Shown here in pieces: positions 51,519 through 64,000 of a stretch of 64,000 nt of DNA. How positions within the stretch are numbered: position 1 is the stretch's first letter; the number at the start of each line of letters is the position of its first letter. The notes beneath the pieces are model-generated. The model worked only from the letters and a program-made list of their open reading frames with translations. It searched no databases and was not told where the DNA came from. Made by a program: the position numbers and the translations under genes. Source of the stretch: Botryllus schlosseri (lineage: Eukaryota). The stretch lies in assembly GCA_051294905.1 (NCBI GenBank), contig CM119372.1:9736001-9800000 (forward strand), read 5' to 3'.

Positions 51519-51917
51519 GTAACACACTTGTTGTTTTGATTTATATTTCTGCCTTATAGCGAGACGACTTTATCTTGAAAAATTGACTATTGTACGCAAC
51601 AATGAGGAATCGGGTAGGCCTATTCATCTGCGATCTGCAGTCAGTTGGGATTCAGAGAGAAATATATTGGTTGATTGATTACGCGCTGACAGTTCTGCCT
51701 CAGTGCTTTGGTCGCATCATATTCTAGGAGTGTGAGTTTGAGTATATAATATACAAGTTATACATCCTATCCACGGCAAATACAGAACTGCAGGGTAAAT
51801 TCGTGCAGTCATGTAGCGATAGATAGGCATATTGTATGAATGAGGAAATGTCTTTTACAGACTCCGGATTCGAGGAGATGGCTTCTTCGTGAAATACGCA
51901 GTGTGCACTAGTTGTCT

Positions 51918-54900
51918 TTACACTCCAGTCGCCTCACGTGTTGATGTGCTAGTTACCACTCGTGATCCGGCATTCTCGGTTCTCTCACACCCTTTACAAT
52001 CTTTACATGTATTGTTCAGGTACTGTTTTGTGTACCTTCGCATTTTCGACGAGCTTATGTTGTAAAACACCGGATTCATGCACTCGGAAAACCTCAGGCA
52101 AAAATACTGACAAAGCCCAAACCAGTAGTCGACTACCGGGCCAGCGTCCGTCTGTGTTGCCCAAAGCTCGTAGGCTGCAAGGTAACGAAAGTAGATTGAA
52201 TCATCGCAACACACGCTACACGCATTTTAAGCACATGCTTACTGACGAATGGAAGATATCCGAATATGAAGGAGCACACTATGAGGACGAGTTGCAAAAC
52301 GGCTTGCTTCTCTTTGCGCACTCTTCTTTTGATGGCCGCGTCTTCAGTCATAGTCGAAGACTTGGTGTGCTTGTGCACCGACCCACAGATCAACACAGAT
52401 ACAATCGCAATCGCGAACATCGGTAATAGGATGAAAATATTGTAGCTCGACAAAGAGAACTTCTTGTAGTTTTCAATTCTGTCAGATATACGAATAGAAA
52501 CGATCGGGGAGTATAGCGCAATATAGAAATCGGTCGCCCTTTTGTTACAGAGGTGGAAGTTTACGACCGCTTATTACGGGATTGGGATTCCAACCAAGTA
52601 TACTTGTCTGGCTCCGTTTTCCATTTCAAAAGTCACATTAGTTGTAACACATTGAAAAATATGCATTGAAAATCAATCTTACATATTAATTGTCAGGATT
52701 ATAGGCGTAATACACCCAGTGTATAATATACGTTGGTCACAGCAGGAACAATGCAGTAAATGTAGAGTTACCATATGCCCACCTTTAGAAATGTTTGTCC
52801 TCACTTTTCATGAAATCGAAAATGTCCCTTTTTTCTTGTTTCTAGTCAACACAACAAGATTACCAGTAAATATTTCAAAATCAGCCGTTTTAATTTAGTT
52901 AAACTAACTTTTATGATTTGATAAAAGTGTCATCCTTTCCCGATTTCGAAGTATGGTAACCTTAAGTAATGGGCATTTTTAAAAACTAATATTCATCTTT
53001 CTTATTTCATATGCGGCGTCACTGTATCTGTGATCCCATAAAAATTTATATAATGGCAAATGCGCCTTGATTATACGCTTACAATCGCCTTCAAAATTAT
53101 CATGCCAACCATTCGACAGGTCATGATAATTTGGGAATGCGCAGTTAGAAATTTGAGCTGTGAAATTAATCCTCGATTGCTGTTGACTTGCCAAGACAAC
53201 AAATGACGTCACAATATCAAATTTCCAACTGGAGGATAAATAGTGAGTTTCGTCCTTTGGAGATGCCGCATTCGTTTCGATTTCCTTGATTACAACAGTG
53301 GTTGATGGAAGCAAGTCCGACTGTGTTCTTAGATGCTTTTGATAAACGGTTTGGTACCAAGCCGGCATGATATTCGTAGCGACATTCTATTTCAGAATTT
53401 CGGTTAATCGCAAAGCGACATTTTCAAGGAGGTAGGAAGTTCTTAGGTTTCATCGCTCACTCCATAAAGTTAACTAGAAGTAGGCTACAACCCTTACGTT
53501 GCAAGCAGCACGGTGCAAGCTGGCCATCTGGCGTTCGGTTCACCGCTGTATCGATCCCTCTTGACGCCGGGGTCTGCTCCGGTGAATAACCACATAGTAA
53601 CGAACCCGCACAGGAACGCAATGACCCATATTGTCAAGACCCACAGCTGAAAGAGCAGCGAATCACTAGCACACATCACTACATTGCAGCATTCATTCGT
53701 TTAATTATATATCGATATTAGCCAATCAACCATTAATCCATCCAGATCCACCCAATCCTTCTTACTCCATGAATTTTGTAGTGATAGCAGATCCATATAG
53801 ATATGTTCTAATCACACAAAGTTAATATCATCAACGACGAACAAGCTACGTGGAAATAGGAGGCTCAACAGCACGTGCCTATACGTTGTTTGCACTTTGC
53901 GTTGGTTAATTTACGGTATTAGGTCACATGGAAAGGTGATTACAATTACATGCATTGAAACCGCACCAAGATTGGTTCCTCTGTTCTGCTATAGTTAGGT
54001 TTGTAATCTATAGCTCTATACTGTCTTGATTGGATGGAATTATATAATCTAACGATTGTATAATTATTATTGCCCGCGCATACGCAATCAATTTCGCAGC
54101 CCACTCTATACTGCCCTTGGTTACCGTCGTAGTATTCATGTCTCGTGCTGTGTTGAGTTGCACTCTACGTATAACTCACGGCGAACGGAGTGTCCGTAAC
54201 TCCGCCGCGGCATACGTTAATAAATATCTGAAACCATGTTTGTTGCATTTGGGAATCAGGCGCGTAACCCGTAGAGCTGGCGTGGACCGGAGCCGAATTG
54301 GATATACGGCCGGATATTTTTCATTTTTGGCCGGAGCCGGTTCGGAGCCTAATCAGTACTTTTCTCTAAGAAAAGGACAGCCTTACCCTCTTCAACCCTC
54401 CAATCAATAGTTAAAGTGAAACGTTCATGGATATAAACCACATGCTAAGTCCAAGTTGGCATAATTACTCCAGATAAGGGTTGGCCTTGATATTCGAGTT
54501 TTTAATTTCCAGTTTGCATTGTTTAAATCAATATTCAAGACTATTATGTGAGTAGAAAATTAATATCGGAGTTTTTCGGACCGGGTCACGGTCATATCTA
54601 GAATCCGACCTAGGAGTAGGACCGGATTCGGACCAGAGCTTTAAAAACAGGATTGGAGTAGGACCAGAGAATTTGTCGATCCGCCCGGCACTAGTAGCCA
54701 GCCGAAAAAATAGACGGGGTTTAAAAAGGGAGGGGTTAGGATTTTTTCAAATGGACCAATACAAGCATCAATTCATTAGGGTTAAGTACATGCGAAAATT
54801 ACGACTATGCAATAGGGCTCTTCAAAAATTACTTTTTTTCTCAAATCGCAATGGCTACTTGATAAAATTGTTAGGTTACCTAATTTAAGCCTACGCACCA

Positions 54901-57900
54901 AATTTGGTTCAATTCCAACCAGTAGCCGCATTGCTACAGGAGAAGAAAGTTTCTATTTACTATGTAAAAATAAATAACAAAAAATTTGAAAATTTTCTGC
55001 TCACCCCATGAAAGTGTTAGGTTGTCTATAGAAACGATGTTCACCAAATTTGGTTCAATTCCAACCAGTAGAAGCGGAGTTATTGCCGTCGAAAAATTTT
55101 GATTTGAATAAAATAGTATTTACGGTGCTTACACACTATAATAATTAATTAAAGAATTGGTCACCGTAAATACTATTTTATTCATGATCCAAATTCTTCG
55201 ACGGAAATAACCTCGCTTTTACTGGTCGGAATTGAACCAAATTTGATGAACATCGTTTCTATAGAGAACCTAACACTTTCATGGGGTGAGCAGAAAATTT
55301 TCAAATTTTTTGATTATGTATTTTTATATAATAAATAGCAAATTCCCGTCGATAATGACGAAGGCAATATGGATTTGAGAACAGCATTGTCATACAGGCG
55401 CCGCCATGTCTACTTCTCTCTGATCAATCGGTTGCCGGTGAACTCGGCCCTCGGTGAATTCGGCCCTTGGTGAACTCGGCCCTCGGGAAAATTTGTATTA
55501 AAGCGTATCAACAACTATTAATACGAACTAGTAAACTAATAATATTATTATCAATTGATTTGTCAATATTGCACGGAGATCAGGGCATGCGTAAATCACG
55601 CTGTCACGGCATGATTAGATCACGTGATCACGGATTGAGTAAGCGCGGCGCTCACATATCAACCACGCGTGGTCTGCTCGTTATTGCAACTGTAGGTTGG
55701 GGGTGGGGCATTAGGGTTGGGTAGGTGGGATATTAGGGTTGAAGGAGGGGGACATTAGGGTTGGGGGAGGGGTATATTAGGTTGGGGGTGGGGGATATTA
55801 GGGTTGGTAGTGGATTAGGGTCCAAGTTGGGGTTAAGGTATCCCAAGATTAGGGTTAGGGGAGGAGGGACATTAGGGTTGGGTGAGGGGGATATTAGGGT
55901 TGGGTGAGGGGGATATTAGGGTTGAAGGAGGGGGACATTAGGGTTGGGGGAGGGGTATATTAGGTTGGGGGTGGGGGATATTAGGGTTGGTAGTGGATTA
56001 GGGTCCAAGTTGGGGTTAAGGTATCCCAAGATTAGGGTTAGGGGAGGAGGGACATTAGGGTTGGGTGAGGGGGATATTAGGGTTGGGTGAGGGGGATATT
56101 AGGGTTGGAGGAGGGGGACATTAGGGTTGGTAGTGGGTTAGGGTCCAAGTTAGGGTTAGGGTATCCCAAGATTAGGGTGCCCTGACACATGGCCAATGGC
56201 CATGCCTGACATGAATATCCCCCAACCATTTCATTCCTATTTTCGTAATCAGCGCGACAGTAGCTTTTGATCAAGACCAGATTCAGTAAATTCTGCCCTC
56301 TGGAAGATAACTTTTGAATTGCCAGAAATCCTACAGTCGCTGCCGCAAAATAATTCCGAATATAGCCTTAGTGAAGCTGCGTAATCGGTCGTTGCAATTC
56401 CATGTTTAGATTCTTCGATATCAGGCTCTCGCAATGCGGGATCTACCACGGCACGGGATTGACCAATCACTTCATATTAATATTATTAGTTTAATAATTC
56501 GTATTTATAGTTGTTAATACGCTTTAATACAAAATTTCACTAGGGCCGAATTCACCGAGAGCCGAATTCACCGAGGGCCGAGCTTGTGAGGCCGAATTCA
56601 CCGACGGCCGAGTTCACTGGTAATCGATCAATCAACACACGGTGCAAGATTTCATGGCGTTTGATAAGCTCGGTACCCCAAATTTACCAAGATATCAATT
56701 CATTAGGGTTGAGTAGGTGGCGAGATAGCGTAGTGGTACAATCCACAGCTACAATACCAATGGGTTCTGGGTTCGAGTGCGACCGAGGTCGACTCCTGAA
56801 TTCCTACCTAAGTGTTGGGGTTTATCTATAGGATCCTCCTCGCTCTCTCATCTGTATAAACGGTGTCTTTCAAAAGCCTAGGAGTGTGTCGTGCTACAAG
56901 TCGGCGGTTACGGAATAAAAAATAAAAAATATCGGCCTGGTGTAAATGACCATTGTAGTTGACAAGCACCATGATTACCACAAACAACATTAGGGTTGAG
57001 TGGATCGTAAATGCCGATAAAGCAAGTCTTCTCGCTTCGACGAACTTACGCGTAAGCTCCACTCTCGCACGCTGCGCACACACGTATATATAAGAACATA
57101 CATTTACTAAAATTTGACGTAGTAAGCAAGCATAGTAGGGAATATCGGCATACTGGGGCTGCAGACCACATTGTCACGGAAGACGAAAACTATCCGCGGG
57201 CCGCATGTTGCCCGCCCCTGCTGTAAAGTGTTCACACTCACTGTCACCAATATTAGGCTACATCAGTGGTTCCCAACCTGCGGTACGCGTACCACTAGTG
57301 CAGTGGTTCTCAACCTTGGGGGCGCGCCCCCTGGGAGGGGGGGGGGGCGTGAAAGCATTTGAAGGGGGCGTGAAGAAGCGATCAACTGAAAAAAAAGTTT
57401 ACGCCCTGCGCGATTTACCAACAGTTCACGCGTGTTTCTCTATATATAGACCGAACTTCATATTTTTGAATTCTCTCATCAACAGTCATAACCTTCCATG
57501 CCATCAAACAATTTGTTGGATTTGCTAGCATCCCGGTTGGATTTTGTGATATGAAGATAAGGGGGGCGCGAAATTTTTCACTATCATAAAGGTTGTCTAA
57601 AAAAAGGCTGAGAACCACTGCACTATAGTGGTACGCGAGTAGATTCTGTTTTTTCGACCGAAATGAGTTATTAGTTTAGGCAGGGTTGATTTTGAATTTT
57701 TTGAAGCCGTCGTCGTCGTGATAAGGTCGTCGTCGTGGTTGGGTGCAATCCCACCAATGACGAAGTGATCTAGTCGTGAAGCATTGGAAATATTACCTAA
57801 CCAAATTCCGTTCTAATATATATGACCACAAGAATTCCAAATAGATCCACTACAGAAATCATATACTGCGCCTTAAAATGGGCAGTTTGTATTCTGTTTC

Positions 57901-58312
57901 GCTGCCTTCGGCAGCTCAACACGGACGAAACATTTTTGACCTCCTTCAGCGCGCGTAACTTCTGTAGGAGGTACGCGAGCACTGCATAAAACGTCGAAAT
58001 GGTATATGGGTGGTAAAAGGTTGGGAACCACTGGGCTACATGATATCAAAGAACACACGTTTCCTATTGCTATAGCGGGTAACGGAGCACTGCTCCATCG
58101 TGACAACCCCACAATATCTCTCATCTCTCTGTAAGCGCACCTTCTATAAAGTCGGGAACTGCATGCCGACTAGATAAACTTACCAGCCCTCCCCGTTTGG
58201 TGATGCGCTGGAAAACAACTGGATGTTGAATGGAGAGTAACCGCAGGAACGCGAAGTTCAAAATGTGCATTGATGTGGAGAACGTAGTCATGAGTTCGGC
58301 TCCCCAATAGAG
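51918..58312 (-). CDS. Class A (rhodopsin-like) peptide-receptor-type GPCR, TM3-TM7 exons; 5' exons not found in the window
   Basis: In-phase exons 58184-58312 (TM3, SMHILNFAFLRLLSIQHP), 53498-53646 (TM4 W, ECL2 Cys), 52243-52478 (TM5 P, TM6 FIFGYLP) and 51918-52174 (TM7 NPVFY, helix 8, Ser/Thr tail). Confidence 0.88.
54272..54693. mobile_element. hAT-like MITE with GGACCGG subterminal repeats
   Basis: Imperfect TIR TAGAGCTGGCGTGGA...TCCGCCCGGCACTA. Confidence 0.55.
55429..56626. mobile_element. Non-autonomous TIR element with a 6-bp TSD and an internal telomere-like G-rich minisatellite
   Basis: TIRs over 100 bp built from GGTGAA(C/T)TCGGCC units; TSD ATCAAT; an empty paralogous site at 62490-62550. 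Confidence 0.88.
55695..56178 (+). repeat. TTAGGG-containing about 20-bp minisatellite with about 180-bp higher-order period
   Basis: Units such as ATTAGGGTTGGGTGAGGGGGAT; block 55730-55910 repeats at 55910-56090. Confidence 0.9.
56715..56987 (+). mobile_element. Full-length tRNA-derived SINE family 2
   Basis: A-box TAGCGTAGTGG, B-box GGTTCGAGTGC, 14-bp TSD CATTAGGGTTGAGT (56701-56714, 56988-57001). Confidence 0.88.
57264..58033. mobile_element. hAT MITE containing a second hAT MITE (57301-57620)
   Basis: CAGTGGTTCCCAACCT...AGGTTGGGAACCACTG with TSD GGCTACAT; the inner element reads CAGTGGTTCTCA...TGAGAACCACTG. Confidence 0.88.
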
Positions 58313-59496
58313 CTGAAGGAAAATTTCGTGAATAAAATCCTCATATAACTAGGAACATATGTAGCATATACGCGTTTAACTATTAAAACCTGCCATCGGT
58401 CGGTAGTATATGTCACTCAATTTTAGAGATTAGGCAATCACAAAATCTCTATCTTGTGTGTTAAATTCTAACTGAGGACGACTAAAAATCCCTGCCGGGG
58501 ATTTGAATGTAAATCAACTCTCATTAACTACACAGGAAATGACTCTGAAAGGGGGCTGCTTTCTAAGCGAATAGTAGGTAACACCGTATGATTATAAATT
58601 CGGATAATCTGCACTCTCTTGATCACTACAACATCTAGGCTCCTCCTCGCCATCTAATCCGCGTAAGCGGTGTCTTATAAAAGCCTAGAAGAGGGCCGTG
58701 CTACATGTCGGTAGCTACGGAATAAAAATGAAGAAAATTGGCCTGGTGTAAATCACCATAGTAGTCGACAGAAACCGTGAATACAATATAATAACTGCAC
58801 TTAATTCAATTTATTTAGTAACATTTGTAATTACATTAAAAGTGAGTTAATTCTCTGTTCTTAGTTCTCCCCAAGCGATATGAATACGATTCGGTTAGAG
58901 AGTTGGAAAGTGTTCTAAAACCAAGCAGTACATAATAGGGATGGTGCGAACGTTCACGTTCTGTGTGTGAACCTCACAAATTTAGAGGTTCACGTTCACA
59001 AACAAAACTTGGTAGGTTCTGCACTGTGAACCTTTTTCCTATATTACAATTGTCACTTTATTATAACATCTTTAATTGAAATTTATTGCATTTCAGCTGG
59101 GGGCCACAATATGCATGGCGCTGGCAGCATAACATAATTAACGCTAAACGAACATGCACCTTGACAATCTCAAAATTTTTACTTGTTCTGTTACAAAAGT
59201 TCGCTCGAATATTTAGTGACTCTCTGCGATGAGCTTGACCCGCAATCACACAACATCAAGAGCGAAATACACTACATGTAGGTAGACAGCGAATGATCCT
59301 TATTCACCCAATCAATGAAAATCATATCGTAGTCTGATGTTAAAAATCTAGCATGCGTACGGGGTCAATCTGCATTTCATATGCTCATTGTATCATAAAA
59401 CCAAATCCGTGCGCTTAGGGTGTTGGATACTGCTCCATGTAGGCTAGGCCTATAACTTGGTAATGGGGTAATATCGGTAGCAAGCAACCGTTTTAC

Positions 59497-60091
59497 CAGG
59501 GTTGTAATGACTCGAGTCATGACTCGACTCGAGTCAGACTCGAGTCACCATTTTCTGATGACTCGACTTGACTCGAGTCATTTTCTCAAAATACGGAAAT
59601 GACTCGTCTCGACTCGAGTCAATCTGTGTATTGACTCGACTTGGACTCGAGGTATTGCGCATGACTCGAACCAAGTCATATGACTCGAGACTCAGACGGC
59701 CAAGACCGACATTCCATTGTCATTTCGAAGGACAGTAAAGTAACCAGCATATTGGGATTTCGTATATTGGTATGGTACTTGAAAATACGACCAGAAACTG
59801 TTAAAATTGAGGAAAATCAGTATATTATCAATGCGAACCATTCGATATCGCCAAACAGAGTTATAAAAGTGGGTTTAACAGGACTTTAACTGGAAACTGA
59901 GCACTCAACACAATGACTTGGACTTGGACTCGAGTCATAATACCATGACTCGGACTTGAACCACTGCTCGATGACTTGGACTCGGACTTGACTCGGTGGT
60001 GAATTGAAAATGACTCGACTTGACTCGAGTAAAAACCATAAAAGTGAGATTGACTTGTGACTCGGAGCTTTGTGACTTGGTTACAACCCTG
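59497..60091. mobile_element. hAT MITE with GACTCGA/GACTTGG subterminal arrays
   Basis: CAGGGTTGTAA...TTACAACCCTG, perfect TSD CGTTTTAC. Confidence 0.9.
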
Positions 60092-60473
60092 CGTTTTACA
60101 CTCTGCTCAATATCACCGTAGCATTACTCAGACGCCGAATACATTGTCCTTGAAGCCCAAACCGTTAATGCGTAAGCTTATAGGCTATTCCCTTGCAAGT
60201 CCTCGTCGAAATTGTTGGCAAAGCGACGGAAGATATTGATTTTATGGGATTATTATATCATTTGCTTGCCCCAGTTGATACATTTCTCGACGTTTAAAAC
60301 ATCGATATGTACTTTAGCATTGTGGCATTATGTGGCCCGAGTCGTCGCTAGGTATCGTGTACATCAGGGGCGGGCAACTTCTCCAGTCGGTGGGCCGGAT
60401 AAAGAAAAATTAAGTACTTGGCGGGCCGGATTGCTGAATCGATACATTATTTGCTCATTTATTCACATGTACA

Positions 60474-62406
60474 ATACGGCCGTAAACCAAACTTTACGCT
60501 GATTGGTCGAGAGACAATGGCCTTAGAAACGGCGCAGCAACGGAAGACGCTGCATTTACCTAAGCCTAGTTGGCACTACGATGTATTCCTATAGCCGCGT
60601 AGACTTTATGAAAACGACAAGATTACAGTTATATGTATATTTCTTCATCAATAATAGAATTAGGAAAGGAAATAAAATATTTAGTCACACCTACTAAAAT
60701 ATAACGCCGAAATACTGCTGTATATATAAATGCAGTGCCACCAATGGCAATGAACTGGGGAAGAACAGATCCTTCCATTCATTTCCTTCGAACGCAAAAG
60801 ACAGGAAGGATTGGGAATGCAGAGTAAGAAGGCATGACTTCAAGCTTACTTCCACAAGTTTCATTTGCTCCTACCACTTTTGCAGGGAAGATTTTGCTGC
60901 TAGTGCATTAGATACACCAATACAGTTTCGAAAATTACGTCTATAGAGAGATGCGATTCCCAGTCACAATCTCCATGGTGAAGCAGAAGATACGCGCATT
61001 GCAAAAAGGCGGACCCTGAACTCCATGCCGTTTCAACTGCCTTCCTCCAATGTTGTGGATTATACCTATTCAGGAACTAGTTCTGTTGAAGATAGAGATA
61101 TGTTAGTCCAGTTCCGTTCCATATAATAAATTGAATTTTTTGGGCAATAAAGAATAGAGAAATGCGAGTTCGAATTATGACTTGAGTACTTGGCTGAGCA
61201 TCACATCCAGATAAAATTGCTGGAGTTTGGGAATGTTTTGTTTCCAGCCAGGGTCCTTGATACTTTGCAAATCCGCGTATCCTTTGTAGTCCAAACACCA
61301 AAATGTGCCCAGTCACTATTCGTGGCTGAATTTGATGCCAATAAGAGTGGTTTACTTGTAATTATCCAGCAGCAGTCAAATAAAAAATCTTTTTCTGTGA
61401 TATCTTTCCAAATTCGAAGGTTATGAGCTTATCGACTGTTGTTACGATATCTCTAGGGGCACTTTACCTCAAGCACACCAACTGCTGCTGCTCAGGTAGA
61501 ATCACTCTATCAGGTGAAGGACCCAGATATCCACATGGAAAGGAACATGATCAATCTTTGCTACATTCACATGAGTGATGCTACATAGTAGCCTTGAATA
61601 GCCCTTTCTTCGTGCTATAACCGCCACAATATTGAATCCCTGTTCATAATGCACTGTCCTTGAAGTGATTTGAAAAGAGATGGTGGATTGGGAGTACCTG
61701 CTGTCTTGTTCCTCTTAAAGCAGTCCAAAACCCTACCAAAATTGCTACATGTGTGTCGAAGAGCCCTGTATTTAACAAATTCTGCACATTCTCTCTGTAC
61801 TGATGTCCTGTTGGCAAGGTAGCTAATCTGCCTATGAATAACTTTGTTGGCTTCTAACCCTAAGATTCAGGTGATGGCTTTGAAGATTCCATTTCAAGGC
61901 TAAACGATGGCGATTCTAAATCAGGATCACCAGATGATAATGTAGGATTTATATGTGCAGCATCCACAACATTGGAGGAAGACAGTTAATGACACGACAT
62001 GGTAGTGGTAGGAGCAAATGACGCTTATCGAAGTAGGCTTGAATTCCTGCCTTCTTACTCTGCATTCCCAAGCCTTCCTTTACTTTCCGTTTGAAGGAAA
62101 TGAATGGAAAGAACTGTTCTTCCTCCGTTTATTGCCATTGGTGGCATGGCATTTATAAACACAGCAGTGTTTCGGCATTAATTTGAGTATATGTTACTAA
62201 TTATTTTATTTCCTTCCTAATTCCATTATTGATGAATAAATAAACAGTTAACTATAATCTTGTCGTTTTTATGCCGTCAACACGGCTATAGGAATACATC
62301 GTAGTGCCAACTAGGCTTAGGTAAATGCAGCGTCCTCCGTTGCTGCGCCGTTTCTATGGCCATTGTCTCTCGACCAATCAGCGTAAAGTTTGGTTTACGG
62401 CCGTAT
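60474..62406. mobile_element. Decayed ISL2EU-like transposon: THAP domain in both long TIRs and a YqaJ-type exonuclease remnant
   Basis: ATACGGCCGTAAACCAAACTTTACGCTG termini. THAP PKYCCIYKC...FHSFP...W...ICSYHF...DAIPS on + (about 60705-60965) and a THAP copy on - (about 62000-62180). Minus-strand YqaJ motifs TCSNFG, LGPSPD, VLEVKCP, HSYWHQIQ and FGVWT at about 61280-61760. Confidence 0.8.
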
Positions 62407-63584
62407 ACATAGATCGTATTTAATGAATGTACTTCAACGACACCAATGTCTCTTCAAATCCATTTCTCGCCAACGTGGATTTGAGATTAGCATTGTCGCA
62501 CAGGCGCCGCCATGTCTGTTTCTCTCTGATCAATCAACACATGGTGCAATCATAGTGTCGTATATGGCAGTGGTCGGGAACCTATGGCTCGCGAGCCATA
62601 TATGGCTCTTTTGGGTATAAGATATGGCTCTTTGACACATTTTTATTTTTGTACTGAATTGATCAATATTGCAGCAACTTGTTAGTAAATTTTCATTACG
62701 ACCAGAATAATTATTCCCTTGGCAGTAGAAACATGTCTTTGAGAGGTAAAGGCAATGCCGTCTTCAAGGCTTAGGGGCTTGAACTCTTTTCAAAATCCTC
62801 AAATTTAAGTTACTGTCGCGCCGACGACCAATATCACTCGCGAATTCGAGGTAGCCTACCCGACTTTAAATCTTGGATTGATTAAAGAGAATAGTTGACA
62901 TAGAGACACCAATATGACAACGCAGTTTTCAAACACACATTTGTCTTCCTGATCTACGGCGCGAAATTAACTGCCGTTGACGTGACATTCACAATTACAA
63001 ACTCGAGTTACAAACAACACCATCGCTATCCAGCACGTTCTTGTTTGGCAAGTAGCTCTACCGGCGATACAATAGGCGTGTAGCGCAACGTTATATGTTA
63101 CGGCTGAATACTTTGAGGATTGGGAAATCGATCAGTATTTAGATTTTCGGAATCAGTGCCACTGTTACATTGGATAAATATCAGTTATAATAAATTCTAA
63201 GCTATTTACGATGACTGAATTTATCAATGGTGATCGAGGCTTGGCTGGTCTGTGCCTTACCTCCCATTTCGCGCTTTATTTTCGATTAATAAAATGCAAA
63301 TTGTGTGAATTTGGGAGAAAAATGTTCAAAATCTAGTCATTCATGAATATCAATAGAAAATAACAATAACAATTGAAGGTTTCAAAATCTTCGTTAACAG
63401 CTTAGATTGGGTAGGCCTATAAATAGATTGATGTAGTGACCATGTTTGGCTCCACCTATACGCATGTGATCATGGGTTCTCGCATTTGAAAGGAGCATCA
63501 CGGCGAACCTACGTTCTCGTAACTCAAATTTCGCATGCTCAAGTAAGGCAACCAGCATGATTAGTTCGAGTTTGTACAGAGAAA

Positions 63585-63960
63585 ATATGGCGCGGACGAC
63601 GAATCCCGTGTAGAGAGTTAAGCGACACGGCCGCGACACCAATGGTTGTTGGTTCGAATCTTGGCTCTGCCATGTTTCTATGTGTCGGAGGTTTATCTGG
63701 GCCCCTCATCGCCGATCCCGCTGTTAACGCAGCGTGTTAAAAAGCCCAGAAGAGGAGTGAGTCGAGCTCCAGAGTCGGCAGCAGAGACCACAAATAGGAC
63801 GCACGAATGCGAGAGAGAATGAGAGTGCGCGTGCTAGTAGAAGACGTCCCCGAGACCCAAAGCAATGACATTGAAATTTACGAAATGTACTGTCGTGACG
63901 AACAAGGCCTGAACAGGCGTTAAGCGCCACTGTCGTTGTGTGATGATAATAATAATTATT
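63585..63960 (+). mobile_element. tRNA-derived SINE family 2 variant
   Basis: B-box GGTTCGAATC, shared core GTTTATCTGGGCCCCTC, (TAA)n-like tail; homologous to 27775-28010. Confidence 0.7.
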
Positions 63961-64000
63961 ACTACCATGACGTCAGATATTTTCAATTGTGACGTAACAT

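Noticed and set aside
55695..56178. True telomere or chromosome fusion scar
   Set aside because: The repeats are degenerate 20-mers in one orientation, enclosed by TIRs and a TSD.
56715..56795. tRNA-like sequences (also about 17865, 22580, 23510, 32060, 63600)
   Set aside because: These are A/B-box heads of SINEs continuing into shared cores and tails; no intact cloverleaf is evident.
59505..60080. Regularly recurring GACTCGA(GTC) motifs suggesting a CRISPR-like array
   Set aside because: Irregular short motifs without spacer periodicity, bounded by hAT TIRs and an 8-bp TSD, in a eukaryotic context.
63394..63642. Hydrophobic ORF as the missing GPCR TM1-2 exon
   Set aside because: Lacks GN and LAxxD motifs and begins within a SINE head.

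Overview
AT-rich, intron-containing, repeat-dense eukaryotic DNA, most likely from a stolidobranch ascidian (tunicate). That assignment rests on the myosin light chain here, which is nearly identical to the Halocynthia smooth-muscle essential light chain as I remember it; no search was run. Four spliced protein genes lie on the minus strand. (1) A MYL6-type myosin essential light chain (3116-10979) with two duplicated 144-bp EF-hand-1 exons and three alternative 29-bp C-terminal coding exons. (2) A compact 9-exon EGF + ZP-domain + furin site + TM protein resembling ascidian vitelline-coat proteins (14525-16697). (3) A secreted protein with about seven TSP1 repeats and an intact trypsin-like protease domain (22000-33848). 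(4) The 3' part (TM3-TM7) of a class A GPCR with LRL in place of DRY (51918-58312). A two-exon 81-aa microprotein candidate lies at 18436-19233. The rest is a mosaic of often nested transposons: hAT MITEs with 8-bp TSDs, a PIF/Harbinger MITE, a long-TIR hATm remnant, a THAP/YqaJ (ISL2EU-like) element, a 6-bp-TSD element carrying telomere-like G-rich repeats, and two tRNA-derived SINE families. All calls come from reading the sequence by eye.
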